DNA of 64,000 nucleotides from Pseudomonadota bacterium (GTDB lineage Bacteria; Pseudomonadota; Alphaproteobacteria; Rs-D84): NCBI GenBank assembly GCA_023402015.1, contig JAEXCU010000011.1, positions 5,275 to 69,274 of the forward strand, read 5' to 3'. Shown piece by piece: positions 62,139 to 64,000 of this stretch (position 1 is its first letter; each line of letters starts with the position of its first letter). The notes under the pieces were generated by a model. It saw only the letters and a program-made list of their open reading frames with translations, ran no database searches and was not told where the DNA came from. The position numbers and the translations under genes were made by a program.

Positions 62139-63488
62139 ATGACAAAACTGTCTGAAAATCTTATTCGCGAAATATCCGCCATGCGCGATGAACCTCAGTG
62201 GTTATTGCAATGGCGATTGGCGGCGTTTCATGCATGGAAAAAAATGTCGGAACCCCACTGGGCCGAAATTGACTATGCACCAATTGATTATGACGGTTTA
62301 AATTATTATAACGAGCCCGCACCAATTGATAATTCTGACTTAAAGGCCGCATATGATAAAATGGGCCTGCCCGAGGCGGAACAACGCGCCCTGATGGGCA
62401 TGGCGACCGACACGGTTATTGACAGTAAATCTGTTCATACGTCATATACGGCGGAACTGAATAAACTGGGGATTATTTTTCTGCCTTTTTCCGATGCAGT
62501 AAAACAATATCCGGATTTGGTAAGAAAATATTTGGGAACGGTTGTTCCGGCCACAGATAACTTTTATGCGGCCTTAAATGCGGCGGTATTTTCAGACGGA
62601 ACATTTGTTTACGTCCCACCAAATACAAAATGCCCAATTGATTTGGCCAGTTATTTCAGAATTCAAACCGCAAAAATTGGCCAGTTTGAACGTACACTGA
62701 TTATCGCCGATGCCGGTGCAACACTGTCATATATGGAAGGTTGCAGCGCCCCGCGCCGTCCCAACCATCAGTTGCACAGCGGGGTTGTTGAAATCATTGC
62801 ACATGAAAATGCAACGGTAAAATATGCAACGGTGCAAAATTGGTATGCAGGGGATTTCGCCACATACAGCGATTCTGGGCATAAAAAAACCGCGTATCGT
62901 GGCGGCATTTTAAACTTTGTCAGCAAACGCGGTCGCGCAGATAAAAATGCCACAATTGATTGGACCCAGGTTGAAATCGGATCTGCCATGACATGGAAAT
63001 ATCCGTCAACAATTTTGGCGGGCGATGGCGCGCACAGTGATTTTTATTCACTGACCATAACACGTGGCGAACAACAGGCGGACACCGGCACAAAAATGAT
63101 TCATATTGGCAATGACACCGTTTCCAACATCGTGTCATATGGTGTCGCGTTGGATAAATCACGCCAAACGTTTCGCAGCCTGGTCAGTTTTTCTGGAACG
63201 GGGTGCGCGAATGCGTCCAAATGCGATACACGCCTGATTGGTGATGATGCAATTGCAAATACTTTGCCAACAATTGTTCATGGAAATGGCGAAAACCGCC
63301 AAAGTCATGAGGCCACCACCGGTGCCATCGATGCCGCGCAATTGGAATTTTTAATGCAGGCCGGCATTGCGCGGGACGCGGCAACCGCCCTGATTATCGG
63401 TGCGGTCGCGGCGCCGATTATTTCGCGCCTGCCAATGGAATTTTTGGTTGAATCCAAACAACTTATTCAAATGGCCTTGGCAGAATAG
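62139..63488 (+). CDS. sufB: Fe-S cluster assembly scaffold SufB
   Basis: 449 aa with FVYVPPNTKCPIDLASYFRI, QFERTLIIADAGATLSYMEGCSAP, and the C-terminal beta-helix region. Confidence 0.9.
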   Translation: MTKLSENLIREISAMRDEPQWLLQWRLAAFHAWKKMSEPHWAEIDYAPIDYDGLNYYNEPAPIDNSDLKAAYDKMGLPEAEQRALMGMATDTVIDSKSVHTSYTAELNKLGIIFLPFSDAVKQYPDLVRKYLGTVVPATDNFYAALNAAVFSDGTFVYVPPNTKCPIDLASYFRIQTAKIGQFERTLIIADAGATLSYMEGCSAPRRPNHQLHSGVVEIIAHENATVKYATVQNWYAGDFATYSDSGHKKTAYRGGILNFVSKRGRADKNATIDWTQVEIGSAMTWKYPSTILAGDGAHSDFYSLTITRGEQQADTGTKMIHIGNDTVSNIVSYGVALDKSRQTFRSLVSFSGTGCANASKCDTRLIGDDAIANTLPTIVHGNGENRQSHEATTGAIDAAQLEFLMQAGIARDAATALIIGAVAAPIISRLPMEFLVESKQLIQMALAE

Positions 63489-63494
63489 TTAATA

Positions 63495-64000
63495 TTAATC
63501 TTTCACGTAATGACACATATCTGTTAAATCAAATTCACCGGTATCATCCACATATGGACCATCAGAATCCATCAATACACAATCTTCTATACTAAGATTA
63601 ACGCCGGGCATACTATACCCATAAACCGTTTCCCCGGCCGTATTTTTAACCGACGGACATCTGGCGCACCCATTGGAACTGTTTTCACTTTCATAATATC
63701 CGTTTGCGCAGCGATACTGACTGGTGGATATCCATTCATCACATTTACATCCCGATGCCGTTTGATAAATCATTAAACCATCCCCGACGTTATACCAACG
63801 TGTGGCACTGCATGATTGCATGCAAAAACCATTCACTGTGCATTTAAACGTACCTGTTTTGCCAATCCCCTGTGCCGCGCCGCTGGCCGTTCCACCACTG
63901 TATACATTTTGTTCGCCCGATGTACATCCTGGATAACTGCCATTACAATATCCACCACGGTTTGCCGTCATAGATGAATTTGCATCACACCAATAACAAA
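63495..64000 (-). CDS. Cys-rich protein (P9), 5' end runs off the window
   Basis: C-terminus CANGYYESENSSNGCARCPSVKNTAGE...DCVLMDSDGPYVDDTGEFDLTDMCHYVKD. The frame remains open upstream of the ATG at 63971 (...CYWCDANSS) to the window edge. Confidence 0.7.
   Translation of the reverse strand, partial: CYWCDANSSMTANRGGYCNGSYPGCTSGEQNVYSGGTASGAAQGIGKTGTFKCTVNGFCMQSCSATRWYNVGDGLMIYQTASGCKCDEWISTSQYRCANGYYESENSSNGCARCPSVKNTAGETVYGYSMPGVNLSIEDCVLMDSDGPYVDDTGEFDLTDMCHYVKD

Overview
This 64-kb chromosomal segment comes from a Gram-negative bacterium. It is probably a compact-genome, alphaproteobacterium-like, host-associated lineage. That placement is an inference from the uvrC-pgsA, tolB/pal, ftsEX and fabF-acpP blocks, the short genes, and dispersed GTCATTGC...GCAATCC palindromic repeats. 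About 40 ordinary housekeeping genes are present: lepA, rbfA, fabF, acpP, tolB, pal, ftsE/X, plsC, plsY, fba, efp, ppa, dnaN, dnaA, dnaJ, parE, uvrC, pgsA, dprA, sufB, rpsT, cdaA and tRNA-Pro(CGG). They are interleaved with an unusually dense accessory layer. (1) Nine paralogous small secreted cysteine-rich proteins share a C-terminal CxxCP...CY...D.TG...C[YF]Y module. Two tandem members carry an N-terminal domain whose six-Cys spacing matches the saposin-B fold, a eukaryote-typical domain. (2) A conserved structured leader RNA, a three-way junction with compensatory changes followed by an intrinsic terminator, sits about 27 nt upstream of several of these genes and of a small HTH gene. (3) An 882-aa Cys-repeat surface protein lies directly downstream of an orphan PilL(TcpQ-like)/PilN-like secretin pair. 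(4) Four tandem signal-peptide-bearing Ala/Thr-rich fibre proteins carry phage-tail-fibre-like motifs, shared mosaic modules and a collagen-like run, and they follow a small OM beta-barrel gene. (5) A divergent pair of Cys-rich membrane-anchored proteins has C-terminal about 270 bp forming a near-identical inverted repeat. No rRNA, CRISPR array, transposase or complete prophage was seen. All functional calls rest on motif recognition by eye; no database search was run.
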